A DNA stretch of 64,000 nt from Squalus acanthias (lineage: Eukaryota), in assembly GCA_030390025.1 (NCBI GenBank), contig CM059431.1:132434001-132498000 (forward strand), in the 5' to 3' direction. The translations under genes were made by a program, and so were the position numbers. This document shows positions 1-10,663 of the stretch, in pieces. Position 1 is the first letter of the stretch. Each line of letters begins with the position of its first letter. The notes under the pieces were generated by a model, which saw nothing but the letters and a program-made list of their open reading frames with translations, had not been told where the DNA came from and ran no database searches.

Positions 1-1198
1 CGGATCCTGGAGCGGATCCCACCCCTCCTTCATCATCTTATTAACTAAACCCTTCCGGTCGTCTGCATAGAACATAGTAAGGGCACCATTCGTCCCTATT
101 CTATTTCTTTCTATGACACCATATATAGTCCAACTTACAGTCTTACCAAATACTGAGTTCCTCTAATCGGGTTAGTTCTTGATACCTTAAAAGACTTTAA
201 GCGGTTAAATAGTCACATTACACACACACATATATTAATTGACTTCACGATCCCAGAGTACTTTGGTTCTCTACGCCTACTTGATCCTGGCCATTACGTG
301 GGGCCCAATCGCCCTCTTAATTCTGGCTCAGGCTAGGTGTGTGAGACAGACGCCCTCCTTGTCCGTGTTGATCAGTCAATTACTCATACCTTCGCGACAT
401 TTATCGCTACACAGTGTTCCCTTAGTACACGCGATCCACACTCACACAACTGTGTTCTCATACCTCTAACAGACTTTCACTTGATTTGTGATGCTATGGC
501 ACTGCCTCTCCGCTGTCCCAAGCGATTCAATTTCTGGACGGTCAAAATTTGACTTCTCGTCGGCTTCACTGGTACGGGCGGTCTTTCAGTCCCAGAGCAT
601 CCTGCTGACTACGCCAATTGTTGGTGAAAAATTAATTCACTCGAGTCTGTCGTAAAACAAAAGATCACAGTTTATTATTCAGAGCGCTCCGGGAGAATTC
701 AGAGCGCTCTGGGAGAACGGTCACAGCCTGCGGTCTCATGACCCGCTTCTCAACTTAACAATGGTCACACAAGCTTCTTTATACACTTCCAAAAGCCAGA
801 AAATACAAACCTCAGCACAGTTAGGGTTAGGGTTACATCATGAGTGACCCTTAGGTTGTCTAAAAACAACTTGATCAGAATTTTACACTGTTAGCGAAAC
901 TTATCCTTTACTTCTGCTTTTTGTCAACCATCTGCGCTGTGAGGTTTCATTCTTAGTCCTTTCGAGGCTAGTTTATTATAAAAAACAATGATTCACATTT
1001 TTATTCTGCAGTATCTGCATTATCTATACTGCAGCCTAAGCAAGTTGGTCTTTATCTAATTATACCCGTCTCCATCGGCTTGTAGCCTTCAGGAGGTGCT
1101 TTGACCTTTACTATAGTCCTTTAAGCAGTTCAACTAATCTTAAACATTACAACTGATTTGCCCCTACATTATTACAATTAATTTTTTTAACTCTTACA
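1..1198 (-). mobile_element. LTR retroelement (ERV/Gypsy-like) 5' end: LTR 619-1198 plus internal leader running off the window start
   Basis: Minus strand starts TGTAAG at 1198 and ends ...CCAACA at 619. TATAAA at about 778-783 and AATAAA at about 671-676 on the minus strand. A tRNA PBS follows 2 nt after the LTR. Confidence 0.8.
599..616 (-). promoter_or_regulatory. Primer-binding site complementary to the tRNA-Ser 3' end
   Basis: Plus strand ATCCTGCTGACTACGCCA matches the vertebrate tRNA-Ser 3' end (ATCCTGCCGACTACGCCA) at 17/18 positions and sits directly inside the LTR end. Confidence 0.85.
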
Positions 1199-2032
1199 CA
1201 ACAATAACAACAACTTGTATTTATATAGCGCCTTTAACGTAGTAAAACATCCCAAGGCGCTTCACAGGAGTATTATAAGACCAAAAAAATTGACACCGAG
1301 CCACATAAGGAGAAATTAGGGCAGGTGACCAAAAGCTTGGTCAAAGAAGTAGGTTTTAAGGAGCGTCTTAAAGGAGGAAAGAGAGGTAGAGAGGCGGAGA
1401 GGTTTAGGCAGGGAATTCCAGAGCTTAGGGCCTAGGCAACAGAAGGGCACGGCCACCAATGGTTGAGCGATTATAATCAGGGATGCTCAAGAGGGCAGAA
1501 TTAGAGGAGCGCAGATATCTCAGGGGGTTGTGGGGCTGAAGGAGATTACAGAGATAGGGAGGGGCGAGGCCATGGAGGGATTTGAAAACAAGGATGATAA
1601 TTTTGAAATCAAGGCGTTGCTTAAGTGGGAGCCAATGTAGGTCAGCGAGCACAGGGGAGATGGGTGAACGGGAGTTGGTGCCAGTTAGGACATGGGTAGC
1701 CAAGTTTTGAATGACCTCAAGTTTTCTTAGGGTAGAATATGGGAGGCCAGCCAGGAGTGCATTGGAATAGTCAAGTCTAGAGGTAACAAAGGCATGGATG
1801 AGGTTTTCAGCAGTGGATGAGCTGAGGCAAGGGCGGAGTCGGGCGATGTTACGGAGGCGAAAATAGGTGGTCTTAGTTATGCAGCGGATATGTGGTCGGA
1901 AGCTCATTTCAGGGTCAAATATAACATCAAGGTTGCGAACATGTGGTTCAGCCATAGACAGATGTTAGGGAGAGAGATGGAGTCGGTGGCTAGGGAACAG
2001 AGTTTTTGTGGCGGGGACCGAAAACAATGGAC
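1199..2032 (-). mobile_element. L2 LINE, 5'-truncated 3' fragment
   Basis: ORF 1425-1955 carries L2 RT C-terminal motifs (LIHAFVTSRLDYSNALL, LADLHWLP, RLDFKI). The 3' tail is AAGGCGCTATATAAATACAAG followed by (TTG)n. Confidence 0.9.
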
Positions 2033-2173
2033 TTGTAACAAGTAACCTTGTTAAGCTGCAGCCGTGTGTCCTGTATATTTTACATGTTGCAGCCAAAGTA
2101 CGCTGGTGTTGGAGGGATGGATATTGAGTCCGGTCATGTGGGCTGCTCTTTCCCGGATGATGTCAAACACCTT

Positions 2174-2848
2174 GGGGGAGAATTTCCACTTTGGGTGCAA
2201 CTGCCGATCCAGGCGCAAATTGCGCCCAAAATTGCACTAGTTTTGAGAGTGTTTTTTTCTCAAGTTTTTGCTCAAACTCATTTGCATATTGCCAAATGCA
2301 AAATCTGCCATGAACCAGCACAATTGGTCAGCGTTTTAGAACGTAATTTTTTAAATAAAATATTTTTGCTCTAAAATATATTCCTTGTTATATTTAAGAG
2401 TTGTAACTTAGTGCAATTTGATTAATACAGCTGAAAATGGGTTTATCACAAAAAAGCATTTTTAATCAGAAAGCTAATTATATTGCTGCATAGTAGCCAG
2501 TTTCTTTGTAAATTAAAAACAATATTCAAAAGCTTTTAAACGTGCCTATTAGTGTCCTTGTACCTAAAAAAAGGTTAATTTTAAGACCTTCCTCGAAGGC
2601 CCGCAAACGAGCACAATTAGCGGAAACTTGCAATGTTGATTAATTCGATCTGGGGACAAGGCCAGTTTTGTGGGTGGGGCCAGCTTCTAGTGCGATGTTT
2701 TTTAAACTGGCGCAAAAGATCACAAAAACTCAAATTACGCTGAGCATAATTTGCACTTAAAATTCCACAAATTTTTGCGCTGGTTTGGCCAATTTCTGAT
2801 GAATTATGCCGAATAAAACAGCGCAACCGAGCAGCAACTCCAAGTCCT
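2174..2848. mobile_element. MITE-like non-autonomous DNA transposon (Harbinger-type end)
   Basis: Begins GGGGGAGAATTTCC, like the other Harbinger TIRs here, with GC-rich palindromic subtermini around an AT-rich core. The right end is degenerate. Confidence 0.45.
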
Positions 2849-2859
2849 TGAGTATTGTT

Positions 2860-4085
2860 GCCAGGTATCCTGACTAAATAGGCATTTATCAGGTACGACT
2901 CCAGTCACTGGGTTACATTGCAGGGCTTCACCAGATTTATCCAGGTGCCTAAAACAAGACTTCAGAATGCCAGTAGTCTGCTCTATGACACTTTTTATTG
3001 TTGCATGGACCTTATTACATCTCATTCTGTCTATGAAAGCCTTAATGGTATCATTAGCCATGACAGCTGGGGATTGGCCTGATCACCAATCAACCATCCT
3101 GCTACATAGCTCCAAGTTATGAGGGCTGGTCTGTTAGGTTGTCACATGATGAAAGAGTCATGACTGTTTCCTGGCTATCAGGTGTTCATGTGCAGGGTAA
3201 GGTGATTTGATATCACACACTAGTGGGCTTAAAGCAATGAATGCTTTTTTGGTTCATAAAATTGAGAGGTTGTCCTATGGGGCTTTGAGCGCCATATATG
3301 TTACATCATTTGCTTCTAACATCGTGGGGATCCCACTAGTCTGTAGAACTGGATAGCTATTTCTCTTTTCTTATTCATGAGATATGAGCAAGGCAGAATT
3401 CATTGCCTATTCCTAGTTACCCTGAAGGCATTACGAATGAACCATATAATGAGGGACTAGAGTTACATGTAGGCCAGACCAGGTAGAAGTGGCAGGTCAC
3501 TTTACCTGAAGGACATTAATGAACCAGTTGGATTTTTTACCACAATCCAGCAGCTTTTGTGGTTATTTTATTGCCAGATTTATTGAATTCAATTTCAGAA
3601 CTTTCCATGAACTCTGAACTTCCAGGTTGCTCATCCAGCACCTCAATCACTAGGCTACCATACACTTTTGATTCTCTGACTCCGTTGGCAGTGAAATGAA
3701 TTATGCAGCCCTCCTGAATAGAGCACCTTTTTGATGCCGTGGTGGCAAAGGTCATCAGATGCTGCCTGGAAGGATCCAGTTGCAACTAAATTTACGGCAG
3801 TGGTGACCTTGACTGGTACAGACAATGCTAATCTCTTGGGGGAAGTGGGCTGCATGTCTTCAGCCAGCACTTGACATATTTCCCCAATGACATGGGAGGA
3901 GGGAGGGAAAACACAGAAACATTTGAGTAACAGCCTGTAAACCTGGGTGAGTTGGCATCTGCATGTAGGAAACAAATACATTCTATAACACCTCCCTCTC
4001 AGAGTTTCTAATTTAGTCTCTTCTATCTATCATCTTCCGCCTCTTCATAACAAGGAAAAGAACCATTACCATTGGGAAATCCATG
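2860..4085 (-). pseudogene. Degenerate Harbinger (HARBI1-like DDE) transposase, interrupted by a SINE
   Basis: Fragments VPVKVTTAVNLVATGSFQ and HATIKSVIEQTTGILKSCFRHLDKSG parallel the better-preserved transposase at 28804-29805. Confidence 0.75.
3360..3665 (-). mobile_element. Diverged tRNA-derived SINE built from the 5' and 3' ends of the tRNA-headed LINE family
   Basis: Body CTGGTTCATTAATGTCCTTCAGG...ACCTGGTCTGGCCTACATGT matches 39370-39450. Tail CAGGGTAACTAGGAATAGGCAATGAAT...CATATCTCATGAATAA resembles the LINE 3' end at 40340-40408. Confidence 0.75.
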
Positions 4086-4522
4086 TCTCCTGTCCAAAGC
4101 TATGCTTTCTACAGAGCTAAGTAAAACTAACAGCAAAAGTTCTAACAGAACCTCCAAAGTACCAAACAGTTAGATATGTAGACAAAGTAACAGTTCATTT
4201 GCTACAAAAAAAATGACCTCTGCCAAGCAGTATCCGCCTCATGGGTACCTTACTGTTGCTCCTACCCCCACTTATAAAGTGGCAGCAATAATTTGGGGAG
4301 GATTTGAAATAGTGGGAAAATGGGTTGGCGAGTTTGGCAAGCCTTTTTGATCTCATTTAAAAATGCTGTTTGAGTTTGTCCCCTTGATTAGAATGATCCG
4401 TGGGGTTACTTGACAATTTACAAACAAATGTGTCTCATTTGTCAGCTCTCGGGCTGGTTATTGGATGGTTTTACTGTACCATTTGGCTCCAGGGTAACCA
4501 GCCATCTGGTGGCTGTCTCTAT

Positions 4523-6316
4523 GGCTGGAATTTTGCTGGCACTCAGAGGGTGGGTTCGGCAGTGGGTCCACTGTCAAAATCGAAAAGATTGACAGAGGGT
4601 CAGGATCAAGCAGTCAACCTGCCTCCATGTCAGTTTCCTAAATGTTGGGTCTGTCTGCGCTTTACAGGCCCGACACCAAGCGGCGGGTGAGACAATTCAG
4701 CTACTTAAGAGCTTGTTAAAAGGTACTTATACACCATTTCACCATGTACTTACCATTTTACCAGCTTTTTCATGAGGTTCCCGGCACTTGGGGATCATGT
4801 CAGGTAAGTAGGTCGGGCTGTCAGTAACTCTCCATTCCTCTGAATAGTTGACAGCTGCAAAAGTGGTATAAAAGCTACCATTTCACAGCTGTTCACTTTG
4901 CAATCTGAGAAGCTGGAGCCTTCAGGATTTGGAAGACACTTTTTAGCTTTCTGCAGTTTGGAATTATTTGGAGTAAACTCTCTATCCACTGTCACCTCCT
5001 TGGAGCAGCCTCTCTCACCATTGACAGATCGCTTCTGTCATCCCAACTTCAGCTGCCATCTATTGCAGCAGCGTCGGTACCCTTCAAAAAATCTTACCTT
5101 GGTCCTCAGAATCCCACCATGATCAGCCCCAACACCAACATCACCAGGCACACAAACATCACCAACAACAACACCAACCTTCTCCGCAATCACCTGATGC
5201 TGCACGGCACACAGGGCATCAGCACCCATGCACATTGCTGCCCGCGACAACAGGGATGGCCTCACCATGGCCAGATATACTTCACTTGATGCTGTACACC
5301 CTGGCTGTCACATGATGCGCCAGGTTGGCACCACCCCACACCAACAGCATAAAGCATGCCTGCACTGCCCAAGCCATTCCTTTCACACTCATCACCATTG
5401 CGGGGGGTAACGTTATGTCTCACCATTCACTGCAACTCACTAAGACACTTTCAAAGGTGCACATAAATCTGTCCAAGAAGGCAAAGTGTGGAAAATAAAG
5501 ATTTCAATGTTTGGCAACACATCAGCAGAAACTTCACATGAACATTGACTAAAACACCCAAGTGCCTACCCTTGTGTGTTATTAGTTGGTATGATTGGAC
5601 AAGGATGGGGGTGAGTGTGTGGGGTGGCTAGTGAGATGGGGCTGTGATGATGTAGATAGAGAGAGAGGGATGGGTGGAGGTGCAAGGTAAGTTGGTGTGA
5701 GTAAGGATGTGCAGGAGTAGAGTAGGGAAGACAGAGTGATGGGGATGTGATGAGTGGCACAGCATTATGAGGTTGAGTGTGGTTTTGCAGTAACGTTTCG
5801 TGATCTACTGAGATCATTGAAAGGTTTGCGCCACTGCAGCCTGGTCCTCCTGACGACATCCCTGCTTGTGTCCTCCTGTGCAATGTGCAACCAGGCTGCA
5901 TTGGTGTCCTGGGGAGGTTTCTTCCACCCATTGGAAGGGAAGAGAACCTCCCTGCGTGCTGTGACTCCCTCCATAAGCATATGGAGGGAGTCATGGGAGA
6001 GCCTGGGTGCAGCCGTGCACCTTTGTGCAGTGCTTGTCAGTGTTTGCAACACCTCAATGCTGCAGAACACTGACTGCACAACTGTCAAAATGAGTGTGGA
6101 CATGGTCCCTTTAAGGAAACCGGCTGACGACATGTCATCAAATGACGTCATCAGACCTGCTGCCTATTAATTGGCCAGGAACCTCGCAGGGTGGGCTTAA
6201 CAAGCCCAATCAACGGAAAATTCTTCTCACAGAGCGGGATGGAGCCGGGAGCAGTGTCGCAACCTGCCACCTACCTCGGCCGCACTGAGCCCCACTTGGT
6301 AGGTGAAATCGCGGTC
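4523..6316 (-). mobile_element. Non-autonomous Harbinger carrying a Myb/SANT-like exon (about 5780-6100, minus)
   Basis: TAT TSD at 4520-4522 and 6317-6319, with degenerate TIRs. The peptide APRLSHDSLHMLMEGV...W..IAQE...RRTRLQWRKPFNDL is an MSANTD/Myb-like domain. Sister copy at 57769-58472. Confidence 0.7.
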
Positions 6317-7274
6317 TATGTGTGTGTGTCTTTTGTCGTGATTTCTTACAGAGCTACTTCCCAGGATTTGGTGTTATCCTTCAGGTTTCCTAGAATTTCA
6401 GCATGATTCAGGGATTCGCTAATAACTGAAAACCCCACAAGATATTGTTTCTTTCGCCTTTCTTTAACATTTGGAGTAAGTTAATACTTGATAAAGTTAT
6501 TCTGCACAGAGTTATGGGCTGAATCAACTCAAAACCCTCTTCTACTAGTCTCTCTCTGCCAATTTAAGGGCACATCAATGGTCTTTTCCCTTTTCTTCCC
6601 CCTCATGCTGTTACTCCTTTTCTTTCTCTTCCTGCATGTGCTGAGACTCCTCATGCTGGTACCATCGCTCTTTTTCTTCAGCCATGTGCCTACAACGGCC
6701 CAAAAATTGCGGTCGGTGGTGTAGCTCTGTAGTACGCTGCCGACCTAGAAAATGAATACGAACTTCCCTTGTGCAAGGCCCAGAATGGAGAGTTGCTCTT
6801 CGGCGCTGTAAAGTTGTGCACAGCATATTACATCAGGAAGGCCAGGAGCACAGCGTACAGCCTATGTGTAAGGGAAGACACGCCCACAAAATCTGTCAAA
6901 ACTAAGCTACACCCACAGAAACTTCTCTCAGTCTCTTGCATTGAAATTACATTTTAAAAAGTTTAAAAAACTTTTGAATAAACTGGTACTTGGACTTATT
7001 TCATATGGGTTTTTTTCATCCAAACTCTCAATTTATTAGTCCCTATGTATACAACTTCCTGTTTTGATACTCAGTAAAGGTCTAACAATATTTTATATCT
7101 CCTACAAGTAATATTGTTGAACTTCAGAAAGAGATCCCTAGCCATATATTCAATGTTAATTTTCAGGATTAAAATATATTATTCATACCTCATTTAGACT
7201 GGTAATGGATAAATCTATTTTCCATGTTATAGATGCATTATATTAACTGTGCTGAGCTTTTCATTCTGTTAAAG

Positions 7275-7385
7275 GTATATTCACACTCACATGGACGTTG
7301 ATTCACTCGTTTTGATGGTCGGATCGATTAAAATTGCCAGACCAGTTGGTCACGACCTGCTAGAACGGAACTCATTCAAATCTGT
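7275..7385 (+). CDS. Candidate host-gene internal exon (YIHTHMDVDSLVLMVGSIKIARPVGHDLLERNSFKS), product unknown
   Basis: Pyrimidine tract plus AG acceptor, strong GTAAGT donor, 111 nt, only one open frame, CpG-containing island in non-repeat AT-rich DNA. Confidence 0.35.
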
Positions 7386-7651
7386 GTAAGTTGACTTTTG
7401 AATTGTCTGTCGTGTGATTTTAAGCACACAGCCCTAAATCGTCAGTGATCCTGGCCATGGAATGGCCTTACTAATTATTTGGAGTAACATCTTGAAAGTT
7501 TTATTGTCAAGTATGTTTATAATTAGACTAGCATTTATATGAAAAAAATCAGAGAAATAAATGCTGGCTCGAATTTCTGTGATTATCTTATCTTCACATT
7601 TTCTGACAGTAATCTATTTGGTGACAGTCATACTTTTGAACAGACCAGTGG

Positions 7652-8610
7652 CGGATGCAGCATTTCCAAATTTGCAGACGACACTAAACTAGGAGGGGGG
7701 GTGGGCTCAGAGGAGGAGACCAGGAAGCTCCAGAGCGATTTGGACAGACTGGGTGATTGGGCGGATAAATGGCAGATGCACTATAATGTGGACAAGTGCG
7801 AAGTTATCCACCTTGGGTGCAGGAACGGGAGGGCAAATTATTATTTAAATGGCAATAAATTGGGAGAGGGGGAAGTACAGAGAGACCTGGGTGTTCTTGT
7901 ACACCAGTCACTGAAGGCGAGCATGCAGGTGCAACAGGCGGTCAAGAAGGCAAACGGTATGCTGGCCTTCATAGCAAAAGGGTTGGAATACAGGAACAGG
8001 GATACCTTGCTGCAGCTGTACAGGGCACTGGTGAGACCACACCTCGAGTACTGTGTACAGTTTTGGTCGCCTCATCTGAGGAAAGATGTTCTTGCCATGG
8101 AGGGGGTGCAGCGGCGATTCACCAGGCTGATACCAGGAATGGCGGGATTGACCTATGAGGAGAGACTATGTAGTTTAGGGATGTACACACTGGAGTTTAG
8201 AAGATTGAGAGGGGACCTCATAGAAGTGTATAAAATTCTGACAGGTCTAGACAGACTAGATGCAGAAGGAATGTTTCCCTTGGCGGGTGAGAACAGAACT
8301 AGAGGACATAATTTAAGGATAAGGGCTAAACCATTTAGGACAGAAATGAGGGGGAATTTCTTCACTCAGAGGGTGGTGAACCTGTGGAACTCATTGCCAC
8401 AGAGGGCAGTGTACGCCAGCTCATTAAATATATTTAAGAGGGAATTAGATATATTTCTACAGGCAAAAGGGGTTAAGGGTTACGGAGAGAAGGCAGGGAC
8501 GGGATACTGAATTGGAGGATCAGCCATGATCTCATTAAATGGCGGAGCAGGCTCGAAGGGCCGGATGGCCTACTCCTGCTCCTATCTTCTATGTATCTAT
8601 GTATCTATGT
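7652..8610 (+). mobile_element. CR1 LINE 3' fragment (RT C-terminus uninterrupted)
   Basis: ISKFADDTKL...[16 protein letters not shown]...RRLRGDLIE, canonical CR1 3' UTR and (TATGTATC)n tail. Confidence 0.95.
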
Positions 8611-8614
8611 AAGT

Positions 8615-9151
8615 GAATGAGAGATTATAGAACTGTCAAAAGTGTGAATGGGGATCACATTTAAAAATACAGTTTAACATTAAATATATATTTTTTAAAT
8701 CACTTATTTAAAATTAGTTAAAATTACATTAAATTAAATATTTTAAACAAAAATTTAATTTTTTGAAAAAAATAATCAAAGTTTTTTACGGGGCTATAAA
8801 TAAACTTACCTTTTTTAAAAGTATTTTTAAATGATAAATGAGTGAAAAATTTTAATATTTTTATTTTTTTTAAACTCTTATGCTGGTAAAAGCAGGCCTT
8901 ACACCTGCTTTTACCAGGCGTAAGATTTTTAAAGGCTTTCAGCGGGAGGAAGTTGTGCAGAAAGCGGAACTCCCTGCCCGCGGAGGCCCTTTCTCCCGGG
9001 CAGGCGGATGATCTGTCAAGAGGATTCTTGACAGATCGGAACTGCCGGGTTTTAGCGCATGCACTTCGCATGCCTGAAACCGGCACTTGCGAGGCCCCTA
9101 CAGGTGCGTACACGCCTCGTACACACCCGTGGGGGTCGGAAAATCCGGCCC
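8615..9151. mobile_element. MITE fragment (right end), same family as 54625-56035 and 47387-47463
   Basis: Ends GGAAAATCCGGCCC with a subterminal hairpin. The AT-rich core is nearly identical to 55805-56030. Confidence 0.7.
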
Positions 9152-9157
9152 ATTATA

Positions 9158-10364
9158 GGTGTGAGGAAGACATAAAGAGTCTGCAAAGGGATATAGATAG
9201 GTTAAGTGAGTGGGCAAGAATTTGGCAGATGGAGTATAATGAGGGAAAATCATAGAATCATAGAATCATAGAAGATAGGAGCAGGAGTAGGCCATTCAGC
9301 CCCTCTAGCCTGCTCCGCCATTCAATGCGATCATGGCTGATCATCCAAATTCAGTACCCTGTCCCTGCTTTCTCCCCATATCCCTTGATCCCTTTAGCCT
9401 TAAGAAATATATCCAACTCCTTCTTGAATCTATTTAATGAATTGGCCTCTACTGCCTTCTGTGGCAGAGAATTCCACAGGTTCACCACTCTCTGGGTGAA
9501 GAAATTCCTCCTCATTTCTATTCTAAATGGCTTACCCCTTAACCTTAAAATGTGAAGTTATCCACTTTGGTAGGAAGAATAGAAAAGAAAAATATTATTT
9601 AAATAGAGAAAGACTACAGAATGCGGCGGTACAGAGGGATTTGGGTGTCCTCGTACATGAAACACAAAAAGTTAACATGCAAGTAATTAGGAAGGCAAAT
9701 GGAATGTTGGCCTTTATTTCGAGATTATTTCGGGATAGAGTATAAAAGTAGGGAAGTCTTGCTACAACTGTACAGGGCGCTGGTGAGACCACACCTAGAG
9801 TACTGCGTACAGTTTTGGTCCCCTTATTTAAGGAGGGATATACTTGCATTGGAGGCAGTTCAGAGAAGGTTCACTAGGTTGATTCCTGGAATGGAAGGGT
9901 TGTCTTATGAGGAAAGGTTCAGCAGGTTGGGCCTATACTCATTGGAATTTTGAAGAATGAGAGGTGATCTTATTGAAACATATAAGATTCTGAGGGGGCT
10001 TGACAGGGTGGATGCTGAGAGGATGTTTCCCCTAGTGGGGGAATCTAGAACGAGGGGGCATAGTCTCAGAATAAGGGGTCGCCCATTTAAGACGGAGATG
10101 AGGAGGAATTTCTTCTCTCAGAGGGCCGTGAATCTTTGGAATTCTTTACCCCAGAGAGCTGTGGAAGCTGAGTCATTGAATATATTCAAGGCTGAGATAG
10201 ACAGATTTCTGAGCAACAGGGGAGTCAAGGGTTATGGGGAACAGGCAGGAAAGTGGAGTTGAGGCCAAAATCGGATCAGCCACGATCTCAATAAATGGCA
10301 GAGCAGGCTCGAGGGGCCGAATGGCCTGCTTCTGCACCTGCTCCTATTTCTTATGTTCTTATGT
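9158..10364 (+). mobile_element. CR1 LINE 3' fragment containing an inverted CR1 3' end (9251-9549, minus)
   Basis: RT C-terminal ORFs 9699-9953 and 9957-10262. The nested piece starts with a (CATAGAAT)n tail on the opposite strand. Confidence 0.92.
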
Positions 10365-10663
10365 AAATGATGCATCGTTTTAGCAGTTACTGAATTTGGT
10401 ACATTTTTCAAACATGCAATTCACCCACAAGTGTTGACAATCTATCAGTGCAAGTATGTTAGGCAACGTTGGTCATGTAATTCTGAGAGAAACAAAGGCC
10501 CCAACATTCTGAGACTGAAGATTTACCATTCCAGTAAACCTCCTCTGCACCCTCTCCAAGGCTTCCTAAAGTGTGGTGCCCAGCATTGGCCACAATACTC
10601 CAGCTGGGGCCAAACCGGTGCTTTACAAAGGTCGAGCATAACTGCCTTGGTTTTGTACTCTAT

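Noticed and set aside
6352..6475. AG...GTAAGT-bounded possible exon
   Set aside because: All three frames contain stops from the best acceptor.
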